Below are positions 12,327-25,040 of a stretch of DNA of 64,000 nucleotides, piece by piece. This DNA is from Octopus sinensis (Eukaryota). The notes under the pieces are model-generated. The model had not been told where the DNA came from, did no database searches, and saw only the letters and a program-made list of their open reading frames with translations. Positions within the stretch are counted from its first letter, which is position 1. Each line of letters starts with the position of its first letter. A program made the position numbers and the translations under genes. The stretch is taken from the NCBI RefSeq assembly GCF_006345805.1, contig NC_043022.1, positions 4,402,001-4,466,000 on the forward strand, given 5' to 3'.

Positions 12327-13656
12327 TACACATCATGTGTGTGAGTGTACGCAGCAGCACATACACAATTACACCACAACACTTTTGTGATGATATTAAT
12401 CTTCACCAATCACTCCTGTATGTAGAAGGCACACCTTGAGAGCAACACACACACACATATATATATACATACACTCTCACAAAACAACTCACTCTCCATT
12501 CTGAGTCCACAAACACGTTTTATAACAAATATAATAATATACAGACAATGACCAGCCAGTGTGTATATACATACATGTGATTATAGAGTAAAGGCCTGTA
12601 TATTGACTTATTAGCCATCGGCTTTGCATGCATGTGTGATTATATATAACAAGGCCTATATATCTAAACCTGTGTATATATATATATATATATAAATATA
12701 TGCTGACAGTGTGTGTGTGTTGTGTGTGTGTGTTATATTGACTGACCTATATATTGACACAAACCTGAACCATCGACCTCCATGCCAAGATAACAATCCA
12801 CTGTAATAACAACTTCAAACTCTACATTGCACTGAACTAATCAAAATATTTATGGTATCACACATATACGCACACTACTACAGTTACACAAACACACACT
12901 CCGAAACACACGCACACACACACATATATATATATATGAAGGCCAGAGAGACAATCAGAAACACAGACATAATCACTACTACTACTACAACACACACACA
13001 CAAATGTAAATACAGATGGGTGGGGGTATTACAGAGAAACTCAAATACAAATATACACATACAGATAATCACACACACACACATACAATCACACACACAC
13101 ACACACACACACAATCACACACACACACACACACACAATCACACACAATCACACACACACACAATCACACATACACACCTGGGGCTTGTTTCAGTTTCTA
13201 TCTACCAAATCTCCTCAAAAGGCTTTGTTGGCCCAGGGCTTCTAATAGGAGACACTTGCCCGGAGGTGCCATGCAGTGGAACTGAACCCAGAACCATGTG
13301 GTTGCGAAGCAAGCTTCTTACCAAGCCTGATCTTAGTGTGTTTCTGTGTATATTTGTATTTGAATGTCTTGTCTGTCTGTCTGTCTGTCCCCCTGTTTAC
13401 TTTTATCTGTATTTTTGTATTCATATTGTGTGTGTGTGTGTGTGTGTGTTTCTGTGACCCTCACCATTGCTTGGCAACTGGCCTTGCCTTGTTTATATCC
13501 ATGTAACTTAGCAGTTCAACAAAAGAAACAGATAAAGTACCAGGTTTAAAAGAAAATACAAGTCCTGGACTTGATCCCATTTCAAAAAAAACTCCATGAC
13601 GGTGCCCCAGCATGGCCACAGTCAAATAACAAACAAGCAAAGGATAGAGGATGTAC

Positions 13657-14050
13657 ACAGGCGCAGGAGTGGCTGTGTGTTAAATAACTTGCATCCCAAC
13701 CAGATGGTTCTGGGTTCAGTCCCACTGTGTGACACCTTGGGCAAGTGTCTTCTACTATAGCCTCAGGAAAACCAAAGCCTTGTGAGTGGATTTGCTAGAA
13801 GGAAACTGAAAGAAGCCTATCGTAAATATGTGTGTGTGTGTGTGTATCTATGTGTACGTGTCTGTTTCCTCCCCGCCATCACCGCTTGATAGCTGGTGTT
13901 GAGGTGTTTACGTCCCTGTTCAGCAAAAGATACTGATAGAAAAGGGCTAGGCTTAAAACCAGTCCTGGGTTCAATTTGGGTGACTAAAAACCTTTTTTGA
14001 GGCAGTGCTCCAGCATGGCCAAAGTCAAGTGACTGAAACAAGAAAAAAAG
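13657..14050 (+). mobile_element. SINE family A, full length, diverged
   Basis: Head, core, microsatellite and tail all present. Confidence 0.85.
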
Positions 14051-14183
14051 AATGTGTGTGTACATATATATATATATATATATAATAACAAAGGGTAAAA
14101 TTAATTAATTAAGAAGTAATCAATAATTTTACTAAGAAAGAATTCGGCATGAAAAAAGGACCATTTCATGGAAAACTTAAGTA

Positions 14184-14421
14184 ATACTTAATAATTAGGG
14201 TTCAGCAAAGATTTGCTTTACCACATACTGAAATTTAGAAATAGCAGCCAAAAAACGTTAGCTATTTCTTCTACATTAAAAAGGGACTCCCAGAAAAACC
14301 AAAATACTTGACTGGGAGTCCCTTTTTAAAGTAGAAGAAATAGCTAACGTTTTTCGGCTGGTATTTCTAAACTTCGGTATGTGGTACAGGAAATCTTTGC
14401 TGAACCCTAATTATTAAGTAT
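14184..14421. repeat. Fold-back palindrome, ~110-bp arms, 18-nt spacer
   Basis: 14184-14293 is the reverse complement of 14312-14421 with about 7 mismatches; abuts (TA)n. Confidence 0.95.
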
Positions 14422-14484
14422 ATATATATATATTATAATATATATATATATATATTACACCATATATATATACATAATATATAC

Positions 14485-14515
<31 letters not shown>

Positions 14516-14583
14516 CATATATATATACACACACACACACACACATATATACATACACACATGCATGTGTGTGTGTGTGTGTG

Positions 14584-14620
<37 letters not shown>

Positions 14621-14942
14621 GACACAAACACACACACACACATAGGGAGAGAGTGATAATGACAGTTTACACAAAGTATGTTTATTAAATGGGCAGAGGG
14701 GGGGAGGGCAGTGGTGGAGGTGGAGGGGTGATGACAGCAGACTATTAAGAGACAAGAGGAGGTGGAGTGACAAAACAGTCATACTTGTTGTACTGAGAAC
14801 AAAAGAACAGACAGAATGGCTGGTGGCAATGACAACATCCATAATGATGATGACCAGGAGACTGAAATATGCGGCAATGATTAATGAGGATCATTACTTG
14901 AGTGGATGACAATGATAGGTATATATATATACATATATATAT

Positions 14943-15612
14943 AGGCGCAGGAGTGGCTGTGTGGTAAGTAGCTTGCTTACCAACCACATGGTTCCAGGTT
15001 CAGTCCCACTGCGTGGCATCTTGGGCAAATGTCTTCTACTATAGCCTCGGGCCGACCAAAGCCTTGTGAGTGGATTTGGTAGACGGAAACTGAAAGAAGC
15101 CCGTCGTATATATGTATATACATATATGTGTGTGTATAGGCACAGGAGTGGCTGTGTGGTAAGTAGCTTCCTTACCAACCATATGGTTCCGGGTTCAGTC
15201 CCACTGCGTGGCACCTTGGGCAAGTGTCTTCTACTATAGCCTTGGGCCGACCAATGCCTTGTGAGTGGATTTGGTAGACGGAAACTGAAAGAAGCCCGTC
15301 GTATATATGTATATATATATATGTGTGTGTGTGTATGTTTGTGTGTCTGTGTTTGACCCCTAGCATTGCTTGACAACCGATGCTGGTGTGTTTACGTCAC
15401 CGTCACTTAGCGGTTTGGCCAAAAGAGAGTGATAGAATAAGTACTGGGCTTACGAAGAATATGTCCCAGGGTCGATTTGTTCAACTAAAGGCGGTGAATT
15501 GAATAAATACTAGGCTTACAAAAAGTAAGCCTTGGGTTCAATTTGTTGTGACTAAAGGCGGTGCTCCAGCATGGCCGCAGTCAAAGGACTGAAACAAGTA
15601 AAAGAGTAAAGA
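14943..15612 (+). mobile_element. Tandem SINE family A (head + complete copy + duplicated tail segment)
   Basis: Two heads (14943, 15138) joined at the internal microsatellite; tail segment repeated at ~15420-15496 and ~15497-15612. Confidence 0.85.
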
Positions 15613-16016
15613 GTATAAGTGTAGTCATTGAGGTTTTAAGATCGAAACAAGAGCAACGAAGGGAGATAACTCCAGGAAGATCAAGTGAACGCAATTTGGG
15701 GATCTGGTGAAAGAAATAGATATATTTTAACCTTATTAAAATTTCTTAAACTAAATTTTTAACAAATAGTGATATATTATACATATATATATACATATGT
15801 TTGTGAGTGAGCGTGTGTGTTTGTAAGGCTAACTCAAGCCTTAGTGAATTTGGCAGAAGTATACTAAAAAAGCCAGTTGTATAGGTATGTGTGTGCGTGT
15901 GTGTCATTTACTTTTTCTTAGGTAATAGCCATTACACTGTGGCCATGCTGGGGCACTGAGTCAAGCGCTGCTACGTATTTTGTCCAGTGTGATAATGGTT
16001 CTGCCAACTTATGATA

Positions 16017-16520
16017 ATCATCATCATCATCATCATCATCATTTAACGTCCGCTTTCCATGCTAGCATGGGTTGGACGGTTCAACTGGGGTCTGGGGAGC
16101 CCGAAGGCTGCACCAGGCCAGTCAAATCTGGCAGTGTTTCTACAGCTGGATGCCCTTCCTAACGCCAACCACTCCGTGAGTGTAGTGGGTGCTTTTATGT
16201 GCCACCGACACAGGTGCCAGACGAGGCTGGCGAACGGCCACGCTCGGATGGTGTTTTTATGTGCCACCGACACAGGTGCCAGACGAGGCTGGCAGACGGC
16301 CACGCTCGGATGGTGTTTTTATGTGCCACCGACACAGGTGCCAGATGAGGCTGGCAAACGGCCACGATCGGATGGTGTTTGTTACGTGCCCACAGCACTG
16401 AGGCCAGTCGATGCAGTACTGGCTACGGCCACGTTCAGATGGTTTTCTTGTGTGCCACCGGCACTGGTACCACAAAGATACAAATTCCATTGATGTTCAT
16501 CTATTTTGATTTGTTTTGAT
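16017..16520 (-). mobile_element. Family R element with five ~62-bp monomers
   Basis: GCCAC(C)/GCCC registers at 16201, 16263, 16325, 16388 and 16454; (CAT)n tail at 16017. Confidence 0.85.
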
Positions 16521-17121
16521 AATAATAATAATAATAATAATCCTTTCTACTATAGACACAAGGTGTGAAATCTGGTGGGAGGCAGAAGTCGATAACATTG
16601 ACCCCAGTGTGTAACTGGTACTTATTTTCTCAACCCAGAAAGGATGAAAGGCAAAGTTGACCTCGATGGAATTTGAACTCAGAATGTGAACATGAACGAA
16701 ATAACGCTAAGCATTTTGACCGATGTGCTATCGATTCTGCCAGCTCACAGCCTTATTCTGCAGTAATAATAATAAAAATGAAGTGTAAATTTAAAACAGG
16801 TATAAACTTGAAAGTAATTATAATTGTAGATGTTAGGTGGTGGGAGGAAAGGTAAGTGTGAGAGAGAGGAGGGGGGAATGTGTGGGTGTGAAAAATGAGT
16901 GGGAGGAGAGACAATGGATCTCTGTAGGAAAAAGAGAAGAGAGAGGGAGAGAGTAAATGTTTGTGTGACAGAAAGAGGGGAAGAGTAAATGTGTGAAAGA
17001 GACAGGGGAGAGCAAATGTTTGTTTGAAAGAGAGGGAGAGAGTAAATGCATGTGTGTGTGTGTGTGAAAGTTGTGAGGAAGTGTGGAAGAGAGAGGGGGA
17101 GGAGTGAAAAGTAATGGGGGA

Positions 17122-17158
<37 letters not shown>

Positions 17159-17672
17159 GTTGCGTAGCTGTATTTCGTATGTCGTTTACGTTCTGAGTTC
17201 AAATTCCGCCGAGGTCGACTTTGCCTTTCATCCTTTCGGGGTCGATAAATAAAGTACCAGTTACGCACTGGGGTCGATGTAATTGACTTAATCCCTTTGT
17301 CTGTCCTTGATTGTCCCCTCTGTGTTTAACCCCTTGTGGGTAGTAAAGAAATACATTTTCATTCACATCCATTTTCCCCATGCTGGAATGAACTGGACAA
17401 AAACTTGTCGAAGCATCAGTTTATAGCCGGGTGCTCTACCTGTCACCAACTGTCACAGGAATTCCTCTCCCCGAGTACAGTATTTATTACCCTTTCCATT
17501 TGTAGATGAAACTACTTCACAACCAGACATGTCCATACGACAGGCACGACTAATGACAACAAGTACCAATACTGGTGGGGTCACTGTTATACACTGGGGT
17601 CCACACCCTCAATGTCAAAACTGATGGACAGCTACACACAAACACAAACGAAAACACACACAAACCATCAGT

Positions 17673-18065
17673 AGGCGCAGGAGTGGCTGTGTGGTAAGTA
17701 GCTTGTTTACTAATCACATGGTTCCGGGTTCAGTCCCACTGCGTGGCACCTTGGGCAAGTGTCTTCTACTATAGTCTCGGGCCGACCAAAGCCTTGTGAG
17801 TGGATTTGGTAGACGAAAACTGAAAGAAGCCCGTTGTATATATGTATATATATATATATATGTATGTGTGTGTATATGTTTGTGTATCTGTGTGTGTCCC
17901 CCTAGCATTGCTTGACAATCGATGCTGATGTGTTTATGTCCCCGTCACTTAGCGGTTCGGCAAAAGAGACCAATAGAATAAGTACTGGGCTTACAAAGAA
18001 TAAGTCCCGGGGTGCTCCAGCATGGCCGCAGTCAAAATGACTGAAACAAGTAAAAAGAGTAAAAA
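17673..18065 (+). mobile_element. SINE family A, full length
   Basis: Head, core, microsatellite and tail. Confidence 0.9.
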
Positions 18066-18329
18066 AAGAGAGAGAGTTGTGTTTTAATGCCCACTTTTCA
18101 GGGCTGTGGAGTCGGAAACAATTAAGGGTTAGCTGGAGTCAGTAAAACTACACCGACTCCGACTCACAATAACTTTATTCTTTGGTATAAACCAGTTATA
18201 ACATAGAGGCCTACTCAAAGTACAAGTGTATGTATGGGTGCCATTTGCCATTTGCATGAGACGATCGGGCCAGTCTGAACATAAAAAACACGTAGAACTA
18301 TTTGGCCAGATATGGCTGGTTTAAATGCT

Positions 18330-18886
18330 AAAGGATTAAATGATACCAACCCAGCTGAAACCACCTCTGGCTCTTTAGTATAAATGTCTTGTTTTCATAA
18401 GTTTTGAATTAAAATCTTCCACCAAGCCTTAGTCACAATTTATGTTCCTAACACCAGCTGAATTGATAACTAAGTTATTTTACTAAATTCTTTATTATAT
18501 TTAAAAGCAACTGAAAGAAACACAGAACATCTCAACAGAAATACAGTAATGAAAAGGGCTAAAGACAGTCAGTCAAATGTGTCTTCAATTTGCACAAAAT
18601 TTGGCTGCTATTTCTAACAAGTCAATAAACTATGTGAAACAAAATCTAAAAATTAACCATTTTTATACCAACCAACCCAGCTGAAACCACCTCTGGCTCT
18701 GTAGTACAAATGTCATGTTTTCAAAAGTTTTGAATTAAAATCTTCCACTAAACCTTAATCACAATTTATGTTCCTAACACTAGCTGAATTGATAATCAAG
18801 TTATTTTACTAAATTCTTTGTTATGTTTAAAAGGAACTGAAAAAACACAGAGCATCTCAAAAGAAATACAGTAACAAAAGGGTTAA
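18330..18886 (-). mobile_element. Two tandem TTAA-type MITEs, family P2
   Basis: ATACCAACCCAGCTGAAACCACCTCTGGCTCT...AAAAGGG repeated at ~18340-18560 and ~18670-18886; homologous to 37957-38462. Confidence 0.8.
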
Positions 18887-18976
18887 ACAGAGTTAAAAAG
18901 TGTTTGCTTCAAGGGAGATAATTCTCGGTCTAGTTATGTTACATATGATAATGGAGAAACAACTTAGTAAAGACAT

Positions 18977-19007
<31 letters not shown>

Positions 19008-19199
19008 GTAGTGGCAGGAAGATAGTTGGTTCAATACCAAGGCACAATCCATGTATCCCTCTTCCTGATCATACTTGACTGAGGACCAAGTTGTCATTAC
19101 CTTATTTGGAAATGGGGGATGGGGTATGGCAACAGCAGAGGGTTGATACTAAAGCATGTAAAGTGGCCAGATTTGGCCTCTCACACCTACCCTTCAATG

Positions 19200-19620
19200 C
19201 AATTGTGAAAATTAACAAGGGCGGCAAGCTGGCAGAATCGTTAGCATGCCAGGCGAAATACTTAATGGTATTTCATCTGCCGTTACATTCTGTGTTCAAA
19301 TTCCGCCGAGATCGACTTTACCTTTCATCCTTTCGGGGTCGATAAATTAAGTACCAGTTACACACTGGAATCGATATAATCGACTTAATCCGTTTGTCTG
19401 TCCTTGTTTGTCCCTTCTGTGTTTAGCCCCTTGTGGGTAGTAAAGAAATAGGTATTTCGTCTGTCTTTATGTTCTGAGTTCAAATTCCGCTGAGGTCGAC
19501 TTTGCCTTTCATCCTTTCAGGGTTGATTAAATAAGTACCAGTTACGCACTGGGGTCGATGTAATCAACTTAATCCCTTTTTCTCTCCCCGCCATGTTTAG
19601 CTCCCTGTGGTCAATAAAGA
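19200..19620 (+). mobile_element. SINE family B, full copy followed directly by a 5'-truncated copy
   Basis: GGCGGCAAGCTGGCAGAATCG head; after the AAAGAAATA tail the body restarts at GGTATTTCGTCTG (19451). Confidence 0.85.
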
Positions 19621-21799
19621 GATTAATTGTGAAAATAAACAATCCCATCATTGAATTCTCAAAGCTATGAGATAATTCATGTTTAATTGAAGACAAAGTG
19701 AATAAAGAAACATATTTGACAGAGAAATCTGAATGCTTAAAGGGTCAAATCAGTTATATCCAGCCCAAATATTCTTCCCGTTTTTATGTTCAAACTGGCC
19801 AGATCCGACTGCTCACACTTACCCTACAATGTCTTTCTAAAAATAAACAATCATATCTTTGAAATCTCAGAGCTAAGAGATAATCCATGATTAATTCAAA
19901 ACAATATAATCAGATATAAGCATTAGCATTTAACAGTATGGCTGTGTGGTTAGGGAGCTTGCTTCCTAGCTACATGGTTTCGGGTTCAGTCCCACTGCGT
20001 GGCACTTTGGGTAGGTGTCTTCCGCTATAGCCCCGAGCCGACCGGAGCTTTGTGATGGAATTCGGTAGGTGGAAGTTACTGCCGTGTGTGTATATGTACG
20101 TGTAGGTGCTTGTGCCTCTCCGAAAGAGAGAGAGGGGAATGCTAAGGGTTTGTGTCGGCCATTTCCGGCCCAAATATTCTATTTTTATGTTCAAACTGGC
20201 CTGATCTGACTTCTCACACCTACTCTACAATCACATTATCTAAATTCCAAAGCTGTGAAATAATCCATGATTAATCCAAAATATGTGAGTAAATAAGCCT
20301 TACATTTGACAGAGTAATCCGGAGGCTAAAGGGTTAATATCTGCACTGCTACCACACAAGAACATTCCTTTTCACACACACACACACACACACAGATTTC
20401 CTTTCACAAAATACAGTTCTTTTTATAATTCTTTTCTCAATTACATGTAACTTATATTTCCACACACACACACACTTTCCTGATAAGTAACATTTACTGT
20501 TAAAAAAAAAGAAAAGTAAGTAGGCTGATAAAAAGCCCATGACACACGATTTAACATTTCCCAATTCCACTGCTCGTGTTTCGTGCCAACTAGGATGTAA
20601 CTGACATGAAACTTGAGTTAGTCAACTTGTGAAAGTTTTAATCTTAAATACACACACGACACATTTATGTACGTACATAGATACGTGTATTTATGGGAAG
20701 AGCAATAAATAACAGAAGTATAAAAAGCAATATTCAATAGCAAAATGTTGTGCATTGAGTCATTTGGGTTCACTGAAACCAACGCAGGCAAAACTAATGG
20801 ACGGCAATTTCAGGACATAGCAAAAAAAAAAGTCACAAGGATAATTTTTGTTTTATTTTATATCTTATTTCTTTACTGGTTTCAATCATTAGACTGCAGC
20901 CAGGCTGGGGCACCACCTTGAGATATTTTAGTAAGGGGTGGCTGTGTGTTAAGAAGCTTCCTACCCAACCACATGGTTCCAGGTTCAGTCCCACAGCAGG
21001 GCACCTTGGGCAAGTGTCTTCTACTATAGCCTCGGGCCAACCAAAGCCTTGTGAGTGGATTTGGTAGAAGGAAACTGAAAGAAGGCCTGTCATGTATATA
21101 TGTGTGTGTGTGTCTGTCTGTCTGTCCCACCATCACTTGACAACTGATGTTGGTGTGTTTATGTCCCTGTAACTTAGCGGTTTGGCAAAAGAGACCAATT
21201 GAATAAATACTAGGCTTACAAAAAATAAGCCTTGGGTTCAATTTGTTGTGAATAAAGGCGGTGCTCCAGCATGACCGCAGTCAAAATAACTGAAACAAGT
21301 AAAAGAGTAAAACCAATCCCAGTATTAATTGTTCTTTTTTGAGCCTGGTACTTACTCTATCAGTCTCTTTTGCTGAACCACTAGGTTACGGGGGCATAAA
21401 CACAACATGTCATCCCATTGTGTGGCACGTTGGACAATTATCTTCTACTATAGCCTCAGACTGGCCAAAGCCTTGTGAATGGATTTGGTAGATGGACACT
21501 GAAAGAAGCCCATCGTATCATCATCATCATAATCATCCCTTAACGTTCATGCTGGCAAGGGTTGGACCTGAAGGAATCGAACATAGTAACTTGACATATG
21601 CGTATGTGTGTGTGCGTCTAGGTGCAGGTGGGGCAAGAAGCTTGTTTCCCAACCACATAGTTCCAGGTTCAGTCTCACTGCATGGCACCTTGGGCAAGTG
21701 TCTTCTACTATAGTCTCAGGCAGACCAAAGCCTTATGGGTGGATCTAGTAGACAGAATCTGAAAGAAGCCTGTCGTATATATGTATGTATGTATGTATA

Positions 21800-22012
21800 T
21801 AACGGGAAGCTTTATGAAAATAGACAAAAGACGAAGGCAGGTGGAAAACAAACAAACAATTGTATTAGTATGGCGCTCAGGAAATATAAATAAAACAAGT
21901 CTTTTACGTTTCGAGCCTACGCTCTTCAACAGAAAGATACACAGAGAGAAAAAAAACACAGAAAGAAGGAGAGAAAAAAAATGCGTGCAGTAACTAACGA
22001 ATCAACATGGCG

Positions 22013-22015
<3 letters not shown>
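21800..22015 (-). mobile_element. TA-embedded fragment carrying a degenerate minimal hammerhead-like motif (possible Penelope-like relic)
   Basis: Minus strand TCTTT-CTGTTGA-A-GAGCGTAGGCTC-GAAA-CGTA-AAAGA; flanked by (TA)n/(TATG)n. Confidence 0.5.
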
Positions 22016-22080
<65 letters not shown>

Positions 22081-22527
22081 CTCATCATCATCATCCCTTA
22101 ATGTCCATGCTGGCATGGGTTGGACACAAAGGAATTGAACCCAGAGTCACTTGACATATGTGTGCATGCGTGTGTGTGTCTAGGTGCAGGTGTGACTGTG
22201 GTAAGAAGCTTGCTTCCCGACCACATGGTTCTGAGTTCAATCCCACCCTAGTCAATTTACTGAAGCCAAGAAAAGATAAAAGATGTGTCTGTCTGTCTGT
22301 CTCCCAACCACCGCCACCACCACCACTTGACAACTGTTGATGGCGTGTTCATGTCCCTGTAACTTAGCAGTCTGCCAAAAAGAGGCCAATAGAATAAGTA
22401 AGAAGCTTAATAAATACGAACAGGGATTGATTTGTGTGACCGAAAATAGCTCTTGAGCTGGTGCTCCAGCATGGCCACAGTCCAATGAGAAGTGAGAGAT
22501 AAAAAAGTTACCAAAACTCAATAGTAT

Positions 22528-22693
22528 AGGCACAGGAGTGGCTGTGTGGTAAGTAGCTTGCTAACCAACCACACGGTTCCGGGTTCAATCCCACTGCGTG
22601 GCATCTTGGGCAAGTGTCTTCTGCTATAGCCTCGGGCCGACCAAAGCCTTGTGAGTGGATTTGGTAGACAGAAACTGAAAGAAGCCCGTCGTA

Positions 22694-22740
<47 letters not shown>

Positions 22741-22935
22741 TTGTTTGTCCCCCTAGCATTGCTTGACAACCGATGCTGGTGTGTTTACGTCGCCGTCACT
22801 TAGCAGTTTGGCAAAAGAGAGTGATAGAATAAGTACTGGGCTTACAAAGAATAAGTCCCGGGGTCGATTTGTTCGACTAAAGGCGGTGCTCCAGCATGGC
22901 CGCAGTCAAATGACTGAAACAAGTAAAAGAGTAAG
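22528..22935 (+). mobile_element. SINE family A, full length
   Basis: Head, core, microsatellite and tail. Confidence 0.9.
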
Positions 22936-23554
22936 AGAGTGCATGGCATTTTTGTCCAACAACCACTGACTGTCTAGATCCACCACATGACTAGGAACAA
23001 CAACAACAACAACCCCTTACACACGCACACACACTTCCTTGTCCTAACTTCCAGATGCCACCAAATTACTCTTGCCACTAATTTGGATTCCAATGAGCCA
23101 CCATTTTGTGATGATCTCACATGACTTGCTGCCTGCTGAGAGTTCTGTGACACAAAAGTGTTAAAAGAAGAAAAAAAACAAGACACCCCCCACTCCTTTA
23201 CCCAGCAAAAAAAAAAAAAAATAAATAACGCCAAAAAAAATGAGAGAAAAAAAGGAAAAGAAGGAACAGTACAGAACAACAGACCTTCCATAATTAAAGA
23301 ACAGAAACGAAACACAAATAATTAAATGTAATAAATAAAATAAAATAAAATAAAATAAAATAAAATACAATAAAATATGGGTGAAAATAATAATGATGAT
23401 GATGATGATGACGTTAGTAACAGTAATGATGATAATAACAAAATTGAAAGAAATCTTTCAAATGCCATTTGGATAAATTACGCAAATTTTACAAATTCTT
23501 CTCAGATAATACCTTTATGGAATATTTCATAAAGAATTCTGCATGTGTTTTTCT

Positions 23555-23563
23555 GTGTACATA

Positions 23564-23639
<76 letters not shown>

Positions 23640-23643
23640 CATA

Positions 23644-23717
<74 letters not shown>

Positions 23718-23747
23718 CATATGTGTGTGTGTGTGTGTGTATATATA

Positions 23748-23784
<37 letters not shown>

Positions 23785-23841
23785 GTGTGTGTGTGTTGTA
23801 TATATATATATGTGTGTGGTGTGTGTGTATATATATATATG

Positions 23842-23872
<31 letters not shown>

Positions 23873-24076
23873 CATATGTGTGTGTGGTGTGTGTGTGTGT
23901 GTATATATATATATACATATGTGTGTGTGTTGTGTGTGTGTGTATATTATATATATATGTGTGTGTGTGTGTGTGTGGTATATATATATATATATATACA
24001 TATGTGTGTGTGTGTGTGTGTATATATATGTGTGTTGTGTGTGTGTGTGTTATATATATATATATGTGTGTGTGTG

Positions 24077-24155
<79 letters not shown>

Positions 24156-24170
24156 GTATATATATAAATT
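23555..24170. repeat. Compound [(TG)n(TA)n]m microsatellite array
   Basis: About 20 alternating TG and TA blocks. Confidence 0.95.
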
Positions 24171-24665
24171 TGTAAGCATGCATTTTTTCCCCAAAAGAAT
24201 TCACAATATGAAAACATTAACAATATTTGGTGGTGGTGGTGGTGGGGGAGGTGTTTGTTTTGTTTTTGATTTATTTGATTTTTGCTGGGGGGGTGGGGTG
24301 GGGTGGGGTGGGGGCGTCCTGCACATTATTTTTCAACGAAATTTCATATGACACTAATTGAAAAATGGAAAAATTAACAAAATAATAATAATAATAAAGA
24401 TATAATCAAATTAAAATTAATTGGAATACAAGATGCTAAAAATTTGTCAACATACACACAAGTCTGAATTTTTGTAATTACATTTGAAATGTTTAGAGAT
24501 TTCAGATAGGAGAGGAAGAGAAATTAAAGGGGAGGTAATCCTGCTTTTGCCAATACTGATACGAGGCCCTCTCAGCTCTGAAAGATCTCAATCTGGTTCT
24601 GCTTAGTCCATCCGCATCTCTCCATAAGGAGCATGGGGCTCAGTTTTCTGCCTTCTCCAGCCTAT

Positions 24666-25040
24666 GTTAGTTAGTTAATTTGGCTCAAAAGCAAATAGCA
24701 AGGCCATGCAGGGGGACATGGAGTTAAGTACAGGGTGGTGTTCATGTAAAGAGTTCAGGCCACTTGAGGTCAAGGGAGGCTTTGAACAAAGCGGTCGTCG
24801 GCATCTTCACCATCTCGTCTGGCAGCTTGTTCCATGGACCCGCAACCCGGACGGAGAAAGCTCCTCTCCTTCGATTGAGATGAAATCGTCGCAGGTAGAG
24901 CTTTTTCGGAATGACCCCGCAGCCGACGCTCTGGAGCAGGAGTGAAGAACAGCTCTTTCGAGAGGTTACATTTTCCGCTTATGATGCTGTGGTGAGAATG
25001 AGATCACCACGGCGGCGGTGTTTTTCTAGAGAATAAAGGT
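24666..25040 (-). mobile_element. CR1-clade LINE 3' end (5'-truncated), one frameshift
   Basis: Reads LYSLEK-RRRGDLI...RGHSEKL...RRGAFSVRV-GPWNKLP...FKASLD, the CR1 ORF2 C-terminal signature; (TAAC)n tail. Confidence 0.9.

Noticed and set aside
16195-16460. CRISPR-like array of regularly spaced hairpin repeats
   Set aside because: The whole 62-bp units are homologous (no unique spacers), the context is eukaryotic, and there are no cas genes.
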